Positions 26,618-41,097 are shown, counted from the first letter of the whole stretch. The stretch is 63,990 bases of DNA, filler included, from Phoronis australis (GCA_002633005.1; 5 parts of 5 records of this genome joined end to end with filler, not necessarily neighbours in it); one strand, 5' to 3'. Notes: generated by a model not told the origin, from the sequence alone. Numbers and translations are program-made.

Positions 26618-26839
26618 CTGGAAAACCAAAATGGGGAAAACGCTTAAAGCCATGTTGTGATTGATGATCTGTTTGCAGATAGAAATTCTGAGCTGTTTCC
26701 AGGGTGAAGGAACGATTCAACCACACAAACTCAAAATGGAATAAATCCTGTGGTCGGATCTCCAAATCCAATGACAGGGTGTTGGAACACAAATCTACCC
26801 AATAGTTCCTTGTTCTAAGTTCCAATTACAGTACAGATA

Positions 26840-27060
26840 TGTAAGATCTATATCCACACACCTGTCAGTAAGATCTATATCCGCACACCTGTCAGTAAGA
26901 TCTATATCCGCACACCTGTCAGTAAGACCTATATCCGCACACCTGTCAGTAAGATCTATATCCACACACCTGTCAGTAAGATCTATATGCACACACCTGT
27001 CAGTAAGATCTATATGCACACACCTGTCAGTAAGATCTTACTGACAGGTGTGTGGATATA
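26840..27060. repeat. 27-bp minisatellite x7 ending in an inverted unit
   Basis: GTAAGATCTATATCCGCACACCTGTCA units, then the palindrome CACCTGTCAGTAAGATCTTACTGACAGGTG. Confidence 0.95.
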
Positions 27061-27096
27061 GCCAAATGTCAAGTAAAGAAGCCTGAATTTGATTTT

Positions 27097-27378
27097 TGAC
27101 TATTTGCCAATATGTAATCAATTGAGTCAAATGACTATTTACAAATATGTTATCAATTGAGTCACATGACTATTTACCCATTAGTAATCAATTGGGTCAC
27201 CTGACTATTTACCAATATGTAATCAACTGGGTCACATAACTATTTACCAATACATAATCAATTGGGTCACATGGCTATTTACCAATACGTAATCAATTGG
27301 GTCACATGACTATTTACCAATACGTAATCAATTGGGTCATGACTATTTACCAATATGTTATCAATTGGGTCACATGAC
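27097..27378. repeat. 35-bp minisatellite x8
   Basis: TGACTATTTACCAATATGTAATCAATTGGGTCACA units. Confidence 0.95.
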
Positions 27379-29901
27379 ACGTCTTTTTAGTAAAATTTAG
27401 CAAAAATGAAAGGTACATGGCTAGCAAAACAATAGTATCAGTAACATGATCAAAGTTCATATAAATTTTCAAGGTGAGATCTCGAAAATGTTGTTACAGT
27501 TTTCTAAAATGTCGTTTCACTTTCATTTTATTCACTTTTTTATTTTTTTTTCATGAAAATCATAGAAGTCCTATTTTTGATGACCCCTCAAGCAAAAGAG
27601 AACATTTTGAAAAGAATCTCTAACAGCATTCTGAGGAACAATGTATAAAACATAGTATCTCATAAATTATGAATACGATCAGCTGTTTCTGACATGATGA
27701 TCCAAGTTAGCCAACTTTTAACATTTTCTATGGTCCTTCATAATCTTAGAAGCCCGGGTTTCGTCCAAAAAGCGAACTTGATTTAAACCACCATGTTGTT
27801 TTATGACACCTACTCAGTAGTATTAGACATTCGAGTTCTTGAGGTAAAATTCGACAAGAACATAAAATTTCACTTGTTGGCCCTATTGTGTGCTAAATAA
27901 GCAACGAATTATGATAATGGAAGTGGCATGAGTAGGTGTGTTCTGGAGTATAACTCATACTGTGTTGAAGTGAAATGATCAGACAAGTGTAAGCAACTAT
28001 TGCTGTGGGCGCAATCTGTGGACAGTAACTTGGTTCAAATGCCGAACACCAATAGCACATGAGTTCGGCCTACACATCAAGAGACATCCTCTCTCAGGAA
28101 GAGCCTAATGACTAATTAAGGCATCAGATTGCCTATAATCACTTCTTGAGAGATATAAAATTATTGACTTCCAGGTGATAATGACGCAATAAAAGTTGTT
28201 ACATCCGCTAAGCAATACATTGATGAGACTTTTTTGCTCTCAACTGCACCTCACTTGGCAAACCACCAATTGTGGACCACCATAGAAATAATTTTTTTAA
28301 GTTTTGGTATTATCCTGGTAACACGTATGTCATTCAATATTTAGTTTTAATTAGTTTTAACGATGTATTCCTGACTATTTATTTACTGTACATGTAAGTT
28401 ACCTGATAAACATCTATCAGCAAGAGCACTATAAAGCATTGAAATGCACCTATGATGCACCACAAGTGGTGTGCTTCTAGGGTAGTTAATTAGTGACATA
28501 AAGATGGCCACCTAACAGACAGTGCGGAATATGTCAAACCAGTTCTCAGTAGTCGGACAGGTCCAAAAACTAAGGTTCAGTCATGCTATTGTCTGTAGGA
28601 ACATATCTGCCAATTTTCATGATCCCCTGAGCAGTTTTTGCACGAACAGAAGACGACAAAAATAATGGATATGGCCAACAGGTGATGCAGAATACATCAA
28701 ACCTGTCTGAAAATAGAAAGGTGCCATAGTCTGTATAATAGAACCCTATTTCCAACTATACGGAAAAAAAACGTCAAGGAATTCTGAAGACACAGAGGGT
28801 AACATAAAAATAATAAATTGCTACTAGTGTGCACATCCGTTAAAAAGTTGTGGTCACCTGTTATCATATTCATAGGAAAAAATTGCCAAATCTCACAAAG
28901 ATCCCATCTCAGATGTCAGACCTGTCTGACAATATCAGCAACAACGCATTTTCCAATCTTCATAATTATCCTTCGAGTGGTTTGGCGAATAGAGAGGCGA
29001 ACACCAAAATGGACACTGGCACAGTTTGAAATTGAAAAGGCGTCATCAGCTCTTTAATAAAAGTCCAAATTTCATAACAATCCATCAAGGAACTCCAAAG
29101 AACCAGATGGAAGCATAAAAATTAAAAAAATTACATGTACCACTAGGGGACACAGAGGTAGTCAAATTGGTTTGAAACTCATTATCTGTTGCCAGCCTCA
29201 TAGAAACACGTCTGCCAAATCACAGTAAAATCTTACAAGGAGTGTAGGAGACACATCACCAGACGGTGGATGTACAGAGAGATATGACGGCAAAACACAT
29301 CAACATAGTGAGTGGATAAAAATTGTTCTTTGATTATTTACCAAATGCTTTACATACATGTAGATGCCCACAACTCTTCAAAACAATGTCTAACAGTGGC
29401 TGCCGTACACAGCTTGAACATGGAAAGGCATTTAATTTGGGGCTAAATATCCTTCATGGAAAACTGAGAAAACAAAATTTCAGTTGTCCGCCATATTGTG
29501 TCCCGAACCGATGAGATTTTACCATAAGTAGCTTTACTATCATGTCTGTCACCAGTCATAAGTCAGTGTCCACTAAAATGTTTGACCACAAAGCCTGCAG
29601 CAGTAATACTGTATGTTCACAAAATAAAAAGAAATGACCTAATGCTTTATAACATGTGGAGTGGGTGATTAAAAATCCAGAGGATCTGTGATATCTTCTG
29701 ATCTACTGAGCCACCTATCTACGGGTTGTATCAAATCATCTCCTGAATACAATAAACCAAAGGTGTTGAGTCTTCGGGTGATTAGCATTCTGAAATGCAT
29801 TAAAACTACTGGCCATGACGAATCTTCCTGTCAAAAAGAAAACATTGGATTGAACACACCTTTTGACTATCGGACATTTGGATTATCATAGCATCACTTA
29901 C

Positions 29902-29951
29902 TGAATGAGCCCAACCTGCATACTCGCCCCATAGCTCACGGAAGTAGTCTC
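29902..29951 (-). CDS. OGG1: OGG1 penultimate exon (50 nt)
   Basis: CTTTCCAG| GDYFRELWGEYAGWAHS |GTAAGT; matches the OGG1 GNFFRSLWGPYAGWAQA motif. Upstream exons not found before the spacer at 32691. Confidence 0.9.
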
Positions 29952-30016
29952 CTGGAAAGAAGGTAAGGAAATGAGTAATATCATGGGTAAACTTGAAATT
30001 ATAGACGAAACAGGTC

Positions 30017-30275
30017 ACCAAGTTTTGATCACCCCCCGCATGGATTTGATCCTGGAACCCCCCACGATTGATGCTTAGTGCTCTGCAGGTGGGACTTAAT
30101 CGCAATCCATAATTGGCACAGTATATATTTAGCTAGTAGTCACTNACCAAGTTTTGATCACCCCCCCCGCATGGATTTGATCCTGGAACCCCCCACGATT
30201 GATACTTAGTGCTCTGCAGGTGGGACTTAATCGCAATCCATAATTGGCACAGTATATATTTAGCTAGTAGTCACT
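30017..30275. repeat. 128-bp direct duplication around a single N (probable assembly overlap)
   Basis: 30017-30144 is nearly identical to 30146-30275, differing by C-run length and one substitution. Confidence 0.85.
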
Positions 30276-32614
30276 GGCCTTGATGACAGCGGATGTCTTG
30301 CAAATAAAGGCCATAATTGGCACAGTATATATTTAGCTAGTAGTCACTGGCTTTGATTTCAGTAAAAATCTTGCAAACAACACAGAGAATTGGCCATTTG
30401 AGATATAATCACTAAAATGCAATCATGTGGAGAAATTCTTGCTTACACTGGTTACCATTATGAGTCCCTAAGGCCCAGACAACTTTTACCCCCTCTATTC
30501 AACACGCCCTTTGTATTGATGTAGATCTGAGCTAATGAAATGGAAGGTAATAACTAGCACTACTTTCTTAACAATGGTGGTTCTTATTACACCCAAATTT
30601 GCACAGAGTTAAAGCCTGCAATATGGAGAGCACTCAGAGAAGTTTTAAATTGGTACATTTTAAATTTTACAAAAAAAATGAAAAGTTAATTTGCATTGAT
30701 CTTGATAAAGGGCCACTTCCCAAAGGAACGTTGGTTTTCAATATGTTTCATACATGTTTTCATTACCCTGGTACTTTATTTTAATACTCCTGTCAACTTG
30801 GTTTTTGTTACCGGTTAGGGTTGCTATCTTTTTATTTTGTGTTTAACCGAAACACAAAAACAACTTAGAAGTCAGTTAATTGTGAACCCATCCCTAACTT
30901 TTACAGATCACAGGTACACCAAACATGTCACAGCAAACAAAGCTACACGTGCCATTAGTTCAATTTTAATTTTTATTAGAACTAAAATCTTAAAATACAT
31001 ACAAATGTTAAAATATGGTGATAACCAAACTGAAGATTTGGAACCTCTGGACAATTCTGGTTGCAATAACTACATAACTATTCTAGCTTTTCTTCAGTCA
31101 TAAAAAATAAATCACAGCTCTTGCCCACCGACCAACCTCGTCCACTGCTTGTATTCTCTTGTTGACTACAAAGCTAGCCATCTTAGTTGTCTTGACAGGT
31201 GTTCTGTTACAATTACAAGCTAACTATTGAAATTGGTGCATTTTCGTGAATAACAGTTTGCCGGTTAGTGTACTACCCTAGGAGTAAAGTAGTTCGGAAT
31301 GCACTGGGCCATAAGCGATGTTTTGAAAATTATTGAAAACTAATTTAGCCACTGTGTGTTGCTCATAGATGTTTCAATGTAGCTTAGTTTTATATTAAAA
31401 GAATAACTTACATGATATTTTTAACTCTGATAAGCGTTTGTAAATCACCGAGTATAGCAATATGCACAGTCGTTTATCTTTAATCGTACCCAATGTTTGT
31501 AGTTTTTAGCTTGATAGTTCATCGATTTTTAAAAATCGAAAACCAAACTTGGTTGTTTTTTCCATCTGAATACACCTGCGGTATTTGTTTTTAATGAAAA
31601 CTGTTAGTTAATGCATTTTGAAAATTTGCCAGTATGTACAGGCAGAGTTGTTTACTACAGTTTATGGTCGGGTAATTACACTTAATTGGGTCTTGCTCGC
31701 ACCGGGCAATGCAGTCATCGCAACCAGTCCGACTCTGGCGCCGCGCTCTCTTTGATTCCGGTAGAAGCCGCTCAGAAGGACGAGCGGTGAAAAGTCACGC
31801 ATTTCTTTAAAAAAATGTGTGACTTTCGTGTAAGCGGCATGATAGATTCCACTGTCTTATAGCTCAGGCAAAGCTAATAACTTCAAAAAGTCTATCCCAT
31901 CCAACAAACATCCCCAAAAGACATTTTTGGATGTAAAAACCATTGTTGTGTCCCTTTAACAGAACTCCTTTTAACTTTATTCCGTGAGTCACTGAGAGTC
32001 TAACATAATTTCACATGCTTGTTGTGGACGACTGGCAATGTTAAATATGCTGAAACGAGTTCGACCATAATGAAGATTGGCCACTATTGACTATGGTACA
32101 CGTTTTTGAGCCAACCTTTTTTTGGTTTCACACTAAGTTCACATATCCATGCTACCAGTGTGGCAGACCTCTCCGAGTGTACCGTCCAAGCTACACTCTC
32201 ATGACCAAAGAGGCCATGGCATATGTTTCATTTTTGAAAAAACAAGTTTTGCTTGGTGACTTCATTCATTCGAGACATTACCTGCCAGCAATCTTATCAA
32301 GATGCACATCAATGGTTACCAACAGGCACGGTTTTCCAAGCTTGAAATTTAACGTCCAAAAAGGAGATAGGCCAAACAAACATTTTCTTAAAGATTTTTG
32401 CAGGCCTGCTATACGTTGCCTATCAACAGACTTTTCACGAAAACCAAGCTGTATGTAGTAGCCCTTGGCCTTGGAGGAGGTATTAAGTCTGCATAGTAGC
32501 TTAGAATTTTTGGATAGTTGAACATCATGTGTGTTGATGAGTGTGGTTCACACACAACAGGCCTTTGGGAATTGACATACAAACTCAGTGAATGTAGTTT
32601 CCTTAGCCATAGGA

Positions 32615-32686
32615 CTGACCCAGCTGACCTGACCCAGCTGACCTGACCCAGCTGACCTGACCCAGCTGACCTGACCCAGCTGACCT
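32615..32686. repeat. 14-bp tandem repeat x5
   Basis: TGACCCAGCTGACC units next to the spacer. Confidence 0.95.
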
Positions 32687-32790
32687 ATGTNNNNNNNNNN
32701 NNNNNNNNNNNNNNNNNNNNNNNNNNNNNNNNNNTTAATTAATTAANNNNNNNNNNNNNNNNNNNNNNNNNNNNNNNNNNNNNNNNNNNN

Positions 32791-33040
32791 CTGCTGCTGC
32801 TACCACTAATACTACTACTACTGCTACTACTACTGCTGCTGCTGCTACTGTTACTACTACTGCTACTACTACTACTACTACAACTACCTGGTACTACAGT
32901 TGCTACTGCTCACTAGTACTGCTGCTGCTACTACTGCTGCTACCTTTACCACTGCTGCTACTATTATTGCTACTACTGCTACTGTTAGCCTTGGTACTCC
33001 TACCACTCCTGCAACTGTTACGTCTACTACTATAACTTCC
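32791..33040. repeat. (CTA/CTG)n compound trinucleotide repeat
   Basis: Mixed CTA/CTG triplets at a contig start. Confidence 0.95.
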
Positions 33041-34115
33041 GCCGAAAACATCTCCCTTGTGGAATTGTCTGGAATGTATTAGTAAATAAATCCTTAACTA
33101 TTTTGGTGCATTCCTAATAAAGCAGGAGAAACCAGTCTTGGCGGTCAAAATGACTTTTGATATAGACCACTTTCTATTATAAAATTAGTCTCAAGTACTT
33201 TCTAACTCAGACGAGAAACGATTACTTGACTATAAAATAACTGACAGTTTAGTAAACGTATTGAGTCTGATCTCAAGTGCCAGCTCTGCCCTAGCCAAAG
33301 AATCGTCTCTGATTCGAGTAAAAAGAAAGTTAGTATCAAATTTATAGTTTCATTTATTGTTACGTTGAAAACCTCTGAACCAAACTAATTTTTGGAATCC
33401 TCAGCAGTCCTCAAAGTCTGGCACAAGTTTGAAAAATCTTTACAAAGTGTGCTAAACTGTCAATAGTTACCAACGCTTTAGACCTTTTATCAACGGCTGT
33501 GGGAATACACCTCACCTCCCGAATCTGAGAGAGGAGAGGGGACGAAAGGGAGAGGGGGTGGGTGTGAGGGGGAGAGATTTAGTGCTCTTAGCTTTTGAGC
33601 AATATCCTCGATTTCCATTAAACTAGGTCTCAACTCTAGTTGGACACAAAAGGTAGGAAAATAGGATGTGACAAAGTATCCATGGCAGAATAGATGAGTT
33701 ACTTTCGGCGCACTCATGCGTAAGCTATGAAATATTTCCAGACCAACAGGTTCCCGCTTCATTATCAGTAACTCTCTTAACATGAAGTTATTGACTTGAT
33801 TTCCTAACTATGCGAATGTTTAAAAAATGTAGAGACGGGTTTTCGACCCAATTTTTTTACTTCAAAGCATTAGACTGATTCAATAGATTTTCGTCACGGC
33901 CTGCAAGACAGAACGAATTATGTGGTGATCTTCATAAATATGAGATTTAATGCTGTCACTGTCAACAATTCGACCTGATAGCAGCTAAGACGCCCATCGT
34001 CGTACAAGCATTAGCTCAGGCCATCCAGACACCCCAAATCCAAAATCCTGGATCCTCGATACGTCTCAATCATTCTCGTTTCAAGTATTTAAATCTCAGG
34101 CTACACAATCGCGTG

Positions 34116-34598
34116 TAGCTGCACTCTTCTTCAAGATGGCGGCCCCCGGTTGCAATTGTGCATTGTTGGGTAGCGACTGAGAAATTGGCTGCGATTTCAG
34201 GTAACCCTTAAACAAGCCAGAATTGCCAAAAAAACTAGTTAGTTGACAGTACTTTTGGACCAAATTTCGGCATTGGTAGGAAATTTGCTTTCAGAATCTA
34301 ATGTTGGCCTTAGTCGTGGATCGACAGGGAACTGGTGTTTTGGGGGTGAAAAGTGCCGATTTTGTGCTTTTTTGCCCCTTTTTTCTTAGCCTGCCTTGCT
34401 TTTCGGTAGAAGTGAATGGGACAAAAATACGAGATACAATAAAGTTTCTGCGCTCATCTGTAGGGCTTCTCACGTGAAATAACTGAAAACGTGTCATCCT
34501 TTACACCCTGTTTTCGACAGAGTGAAGAAAAGGTGACAAATCAAGTGACGTGTGTTTAGCTGGGCAAAACCCAGTGAGAACTGCTTTGTGCCTCCTTA
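34116..34598 (+). mobile_element. ~480-bp dispersed repeat, copy C
   Basis: Homologous to 17978-18455 and 23417-23862. Confidence 0.9.
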
Positions 34599-35623
34599 GC
34601 AGTTGGGTGGTTTTATAACACCTGGTCTGCTCAACTATATGATGTATCGATTCTCTTTTTGTGTTGCGTGCTGCCGCTGATGAGCTCCTGAAAGTAATTA
34701 TCACTTCCTGTTCATTAACATCGACCTACTTGTTACTAAATATCTTAAAAGCGTGTGACACAAAAAGTGCATTTATTTTTATTTTTTTGACAAAGGCGTT
34801 GGGTAAAATACATCGTTGTCAAGTGTGTGCTGCAATTTTAATTGTCTAAATCTTAAGAACAAAGGCTACTTTGACATGAAATAAATCGATCCGACATGTC
34901 TGACATGAGAACCGCTCAGTTTTTTTGGTTCACAGTAATTGTGCTGAACGTTAATATAATACAACTTCTTAAATTATTTAAGAAGCGGTATTGCAGTAAC
35001 TGTCAGCATTCAAATCGAAACAATGATGTCACGTATATGGATTCACCGGATGCCTTTAGGGCCCCTGGAGAAAGGACGAGAACTAAGAAGAAAAGAACCA
35101 GAGCCAAAGAGAATATGGAGGGGTCAAGTCACGTTTGCCGCAAACGAGAGAACTCGAGATATTTTCTGTTTTAAAACCACGACCAATGACAGGGCAGAAG
35201 GAGATTTTCATCAAAAGTTTCGGGGTCATATTGATTTCAGTAGACTTCTGTCAGGGAGTGTCCTGTGGTCCTTGCACGGCCCTTAACAACCGCGTACTTC
35301 GCCCAGTAGGCGGGCTGGTCCTGAATGTAATTGAGCACGTGTAATAGTGTGACTGGCAACGGCTTATGTAACAATTGGCTCAAAATTGCAGGGATTAAAT
35401 GTAATATTTAAACAATCAATAAAATTCAACACGGTGCTAAGCTTCAAGCGCTTCGGTACCAGGATGTTTTCTGCCAGCTAGGAGCACACGTACCACAGTC
35501 TCACATTCAGTAAAAATCCGTTTTATAAACTGAACAAAATTCTTCTGTGTCCACCTAACAGCAAATTACGTAAATCTTCACCACAATAAAGTTATTATTT
35601 TAAAACAAAAAAGAAAGGCTTAC

Positions 35624-35702
35624 CAAGAGTGATACTGCTGATTATAACAATTGCAACGGCGAATGAACGGCTCACCGTCCTAGGCGTTAACGCCAGAAAC
35701 AT
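35624..35702 (-). CDS. Candidate first coding exon with signal peptide/anchor, gene unknown
   Basis: ATG..MFLALTPRTVSRSFAVAIVIISSITL with a phase-1 donor G|GTAAGC; NRF1-like CGCATGCGCA ~180 bp upstream. No convincing downstream exon found. Confidence 0.35.
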
Positions 35703-36878
35703 TGCATTATAATCGCATCTCACGTCGAATTCCAAATCTTATGCCGTCTCTGCTTTAAGGCGCGACCATTGGCTTCGTATGACTGGCTAGCAGCAGACAA
35801 ATGGTTGTCTGTTAACTCAGCTCATGAAGTTTGTATTTTTATTCATACGCGCCTGTGATAAGAGCATTGGGCAAACATCGTACGCATGCGCAAAACTGAA
35901 GAAACTGGAAATATAATATACGTATTTGAGGTTGTGTGGTAGAGGTTTAGCGCTAAATCATGTTTTTAATCAAATAATTTCCACCAATTAGTCACTGTGA
36001 AACCGAAAGCGATTAGTTTGTAAGATGATATCTTGCGATAATCGATGACCTTAGATTTACATGTACATACGCTTAAACACGCTAGGTTATGCATACATGG
36101 AAATATATGCAAACTATTGATAAACAGGTGTTAACCCTTCGACGCGAAAGGTTTTCAATGACGTTTCTATTCACTAGTATTACTGTAGTAGTAAAGGTTT
36201 ACAGCATGAGCTGACAGCGGTGGTTTATAGGAACCACAGTATGACGGTAGATGTTTATGTCAGGTGACCAAACAGTTTTAGAAAAAGTGAAATATACGAC
36301 GTCGTGAATAACCCACATCACCATTAATTATAAATCTTCAACTTGTAAACATGTCAAGCAGCAAAAAAGCTTCAATTAAATTACTGACAGGCAATAACAG
36401 CATTGTCACAATTTGCGTCTTCGGTTGTGTCTTCGTCTGTTAAATATAAAATCATCAAACTTCAACGGCTCTGCGGTGTTCAAAAACTGCGTTGGTTTCA
36501 ACAGTTTGTATCATGGAAATGAAAGGCTGGTCTAAGGTGTCATATGAAGGGGGCAATAAATGTTTTCGAAGGAAGCAGCCCTAAAAATGCCATGCAGATA
36601 GTTCTTTAAGCTCCTGTCCGCTTGGTGAGACCACATTTAGTAAGAGGATGTCTTGTCAAATAACTGCCATTACGCTTTTGTGCCTTGCTAGTCGTGGTAT
36701 GATACTTTGTCTAAACACTGGAATCTCGCCCACGCACATCTCCAATGCACACGCCCGCGCAATTTAATGCATGGACGACAGCAATAATGGACTGTATCGG
36801 GTCAGGCGAGTTTCAGCAAACAAAAGCCGCACAAGTCACGAGCATTCATGATTTGATTCGCTCACTGGCATGATGTGG

Positions 36879-37037
36879 CAAGGGCGGATCCAAGGTTTTT
36901 TAAACGGGGGGGGGGCTGATCAAGGATTTTTTAAAAAGTGGGGTCCAAGTCAGCAATTTGAAAGTTTCAGATATGCTATCACTAAAATCAGGGGAAAAGG
37001 GGTCCGGACCCCCTTGATCCCCTGGATCCGCCTATGA
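36879..37037. mobile_element. MITE with GGCGGATCC TIRs
   Basis: CAAGGGCGGATCC...GGATCCGCCTATG; inverted homolog at 52922-53083. Confidence 0.8.
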
Positions 37038-37094
37038 TATTTTTAGCTTGCTATCAGTTGGCTAAGTTCTGGTCAGTGGATCAGCGAAACTTGT

Positions 37095-37400
37095 GACCGG
37101 TTGCATGAAATAAATAGGGACTCAACCATGCTCCTTACTTTTTTGTTTTCATTATTAAGTCAATTTTTGGTTTTGATATAAATTGATAGTAAATTTTATG
37201 CGTTAAATTCTGAATATTGTTGAAAATAAATAGGGATCGTTTCATGCAACACTCCTAATTTTAAAGACCAAGTCCCTATTTAATTTCATTGAAATAAGAA
37301 CTCTGTTATTCGAACACGCTAGAGGAGAACATAATGCAGATAAAACGAGAGAAAATATGACATCTGTGAGTAAACTAAGACACAGATGCGCTGAAGATTT
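37095..37400. mobile_element. Partial copy of the MITE family at 47664-48103
   Basis: Shares AATAGGGACTCAAC and GGGATCGTTTCATGCAACACTCCTAATTT segments; another piece at ~52717-52920. Confidence 0.6.
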
Positions 37401-40400
37401 GGCCAGAACAGTATAGTGTGGATAGGCGGTTTTTCAACAACCAGTTAGAGTAAGGAAAATTTAATGAAAGTAAACAAATTTAAATGCACTCTCGTAAAAG
37501 TCGCAAAAATGCAGATTTTCTGCAACATTGTGAACACGCCACGCGGAATTGAAAGTTATTTTTAAAAAAGTGCACAGCTGTAGCAATATCTTGTGTCCTC
37601 TGAATCAAACTAGTTCATTTCTATATGTCGGTCAGTGAGCTCCGTCCAACATGTGAGCTATAACAGGCTTAACGTTTTGATGGTTAAAGTTTTGAACAAA
37701 AGCTTATTTCAGAGATTTTTCAAAAAATCACTATGTGCTTAGCCTGAGAACGATGTAGTGAACTCTCTAAAAGTGGCGTTGTACTTTGTCGCCTGCGTCT
37801 CAGGTAAATGTTCTGAAATCACAAACCGACTTCTGTCGGAAATAACTTTTGATTTATATACTTAATCTCTTCCTCAGTTGAACTAAAAGCAATTTTGGAC
37901 ATGAGATGATGTGTCATTCCATTATTGCTTGTAACAGTGCTCGGCAGATGTACTGACCAGCCGGGTCAAGCTCGAGACAATGACTGAGTATCGCTTCTTC
38001 CCAAGTCCAGGAATCACCTCTAATCAGAATTAGGTAGCCACCAGGTCCTAGGATATAATCATCACGCTCAGATGTGTCTCAGACCCAAAACTAACTAATC
38101 ATGCGGTGCATGGTTCGATTGCAAATTTGTAGGCTAACTCGAAGCGTGCAAAGCCATTGGTAAAATTTTGAGTGCAGAGAGTAGCAGACCCCAGGCCAAG
38201 GTATTTGTTTTACGAAAGTGTAAATAAAAATATCAATTTGGCCTTCGCAATTGCAGAATAAAGCTACAGCCAAGAGAGCGCATCACAGTGTAGAAATAAT
38301 TATTGAAAATTATCTCAGTAACTAGGCGATTCATGCAGGTGTATATTCTCAGAGACTTTGCATTTGGCTCAAGTAAGGTTTAACTATTTTTAGCAATAGT
38401 CACGTGGAGCGTAAGATCAAAATTTCCTGTCTTGAGTCTCGCGTCAATTTCACGAAACAGACCCCAGTTTTATAAAACAATAATTGTCTAAATCTACCTT
38501 TTTGACTTAAGGTGGATTTGTAATCGGAGTACGTACTCGATCGTGCATATCCATAATACCGTGTTCTAGCTCTCCAATGATAGTGAAAAAAATCAGTCAA
38601 TATGAACATGTGAACCATATGCTGCATCAATTTAACAAATGTTAAGACAAAGCAAAGTTTTAAACATAATATGGGGGTTCCACAGTTTTCCAAAAAGCTT
38701 TTGTTTTAGGACATTGAACAACTAATAAAACAGCTGAATATGACGGTTTATTTTTATCAACATTTCTTAATTTGAAAAAAAAACTTTGATTTTACGACGA
38801 GGTCTTGTTATTTTGGCTTTTAATTAATAGCGCACATCAAATTTCACGATGACGTCACACTAAACAATTGGCAAACACAAGCCTAGATATTCCTTGTAAA
38901 TTAATTCAAAAAAGAAATTTTGAATTCATTAAATAAGAACATCATTGTCTGAGATTGTTCACATCACCTAGTAAGCTTATTGCATAATATAATCGTCATC
39001 TTGAGAAACGCAGCGGGGTAACCGTGATCTGGAAATTGACGTGCTTTTGAAAAGGTCAAATTGTACGTTCTGATATCATGAGGCTGTTTGAGCTAAAATG
39101 CCTCAAAAACGAAGTCGATGACACCTAACTTTTTCCTTATTTTACATAAAACACGATGAGCATCAAAATGAAACATAAAAGAAAATAATAACGGTGTAAA
39201 TTTTGTGTAGATGCCAAAACGCTAAAATTTGAGGTACTCAAAAGCCATAAAAAACGTTTACTTACGCTGAAGTAAGGAAATCAGAAACCGTGAAACATAG
39301 GACTGACATTTTAAAATAAAATTAATCCGTTTTCAAGAGTTTTCAAACATTCATTTTATTGTAAGTGGATTTCAAGTAACCCACGTAAATTTCACATTTG
39401 CGCTAGAGGTGCCTGTAACAGTGACCCTCGCTAGTTTTTCAGATTTATCGTAGTCCAAGATTAAACTACAAAATAGGGAAATCAGAAAAAAAACAACAAC
39501 AATAAATTATAAGAAGATGAAAAACTAATACCAAATCTTTGACAAACTTGTTACTTTGCTGAGGTTTTCGAAAATAATCAATCTTATACTATCACGAAAA
39601 GTTCGTATTGCCTAAAGTAAAACTCGAAGCAATAAAGTCCTTGAAGTCGCTATCAACAAATCCGGTAATACCAAAGATTACAAATCAACATTCAATATGG
39701 TGACTGCGTCGTTGTGTACGATTTGCTTTGCAAAATAAAAAATTATATAACCTGTCATCACATGTCATTTCTGAGCCCAGATATAAATACCATTTTCAGT
39801 GTTCCGTTTACGAAAGTCTATTAAGTCTGTTTCCACAGGGTGTCTCGAAACCAATAGCAGTCTGATTCCAACGCTTACACATCGAAATCGGGGACACAGA
39901 TTCTTCTAGTATTCCTCTTGTACATTGATTCTAAAAAGCTTATAAATGTCTACAAGGGTGCCGTTTTTGTAGACTTTGGAAGGTACACACGTGAGTTTGC
40001 CAACTTGTCTGAATTGCTACTGCAATGGGTCACGGAGTTACAAAATGGGAAAAACTTACATTCTGAATAAGCTATAGTGAATTCTCTTATTGGTACGTAA
40101 TTATAACCTTTATCATGCAAAAGACCTGAAATCCTGAATGGCATGACGTCAGATATCACACCCTCGCCAACGTAGTCGGGTTGCAATTTTCTGTAGAACA
40201 GCTAGAGTCGTTCTTTGTGCATCGATATTTGACTTGTACCAGATCACTTTTACAAACCATCCAAACTTTTAGGATAGCGTATCCAAATATCCATACACCA
40301 TACACAGCATCAAGCTATTTATCGAAACTCTAGGAGTACTGAAGCAGTCCTAGTAAAAGAGATGGTTGCATCCAATCATGCTGTTGTCTATTTCTTCCTA

Positions 40401-40940
40401 TAAACTAATTGATAGAGAAGTTTCTTGCATAATTCTGAACATGTTCTGAAATTCATGAAAATTATATTTTCCAGACAAGAATTTTTTGATTTTCAGAAAG
40501 AACACAAGAATAATTCAAATACGAGTTTAAATCATTACATGAATATTCATGATCTCAATTACAATGCCTGCGCATGTGCCGATACTTTTTCGACACTCTG
40601 TGTAACTAACCTCATCACAGAATCCAGCAAAAGTCATAGATTAAATTACACAAATGTAGCTTCATCTACTAAGAAACCATAGCGTCAATGGAAAAGAAGA
40701 GACTGCTTTAGGATATACATAAGAGTAGATTGCCCGTATGCTCAAAGAAAGCCCTTTTCATCACTCCAACACTCGTGAACCGACGCCACGAAGCCAGCCA
40801 GGTGACTTTTGAACCACACCAGATACACATGTCCTGACATACTGTTCGGACACATTTCCCTTCTGTTGGCCGTTTTGCAGAATATATGAAACAATATTTC
40901 TATTATTGGTTTCAAGGGTATAGCGTCTCCCTATTGTTGT

Positions 40941-41097
40941 CAGTGGCGGATTTTGAAGAGGGGCCAAGGGAGCCATGGCCCCCTAAAATTCTCCCAGATT
41001 CCATTTGGCAGTTCGGGGGTGCGAATGCATGACAGGCAAAATCTTGGCTACTATTATGCCCTGGCCCCCCTAACTCGAAATCCTGGATCCGCCCTTG
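40941..41097. mobile_element. MITE with perfect 5-bp TSD (GTTGT)
   Basis: GTTGT|CAGTGGCGGAT...ATCCGCCCTTG|GTTGT; same family as 24479-24626. Confidence 0.9.

Noticed and set aside
26568-26825. 85-aa minus-strand ORF
   Set aside because: Shadow frame; the real OGG1 exon is in another frame at 26564-26617.
26840-27378. CRISPR-like periodicity (also 42602-42790 and 12042-12606)
   Set aside because: Head-to-tail units without unique spacers, no cas genes, eukaryotic context.
2522-29951. BRAT1-OGG1 DNA-damage gene cluster
   Set aside because: Separated by an artificial spacer; linkage unsupported.
30017-30275. Recent tandem duplication in an OGG1 intron
   Set aside because: Joined by a single N with allele-like differences; probably an assembly artefact.
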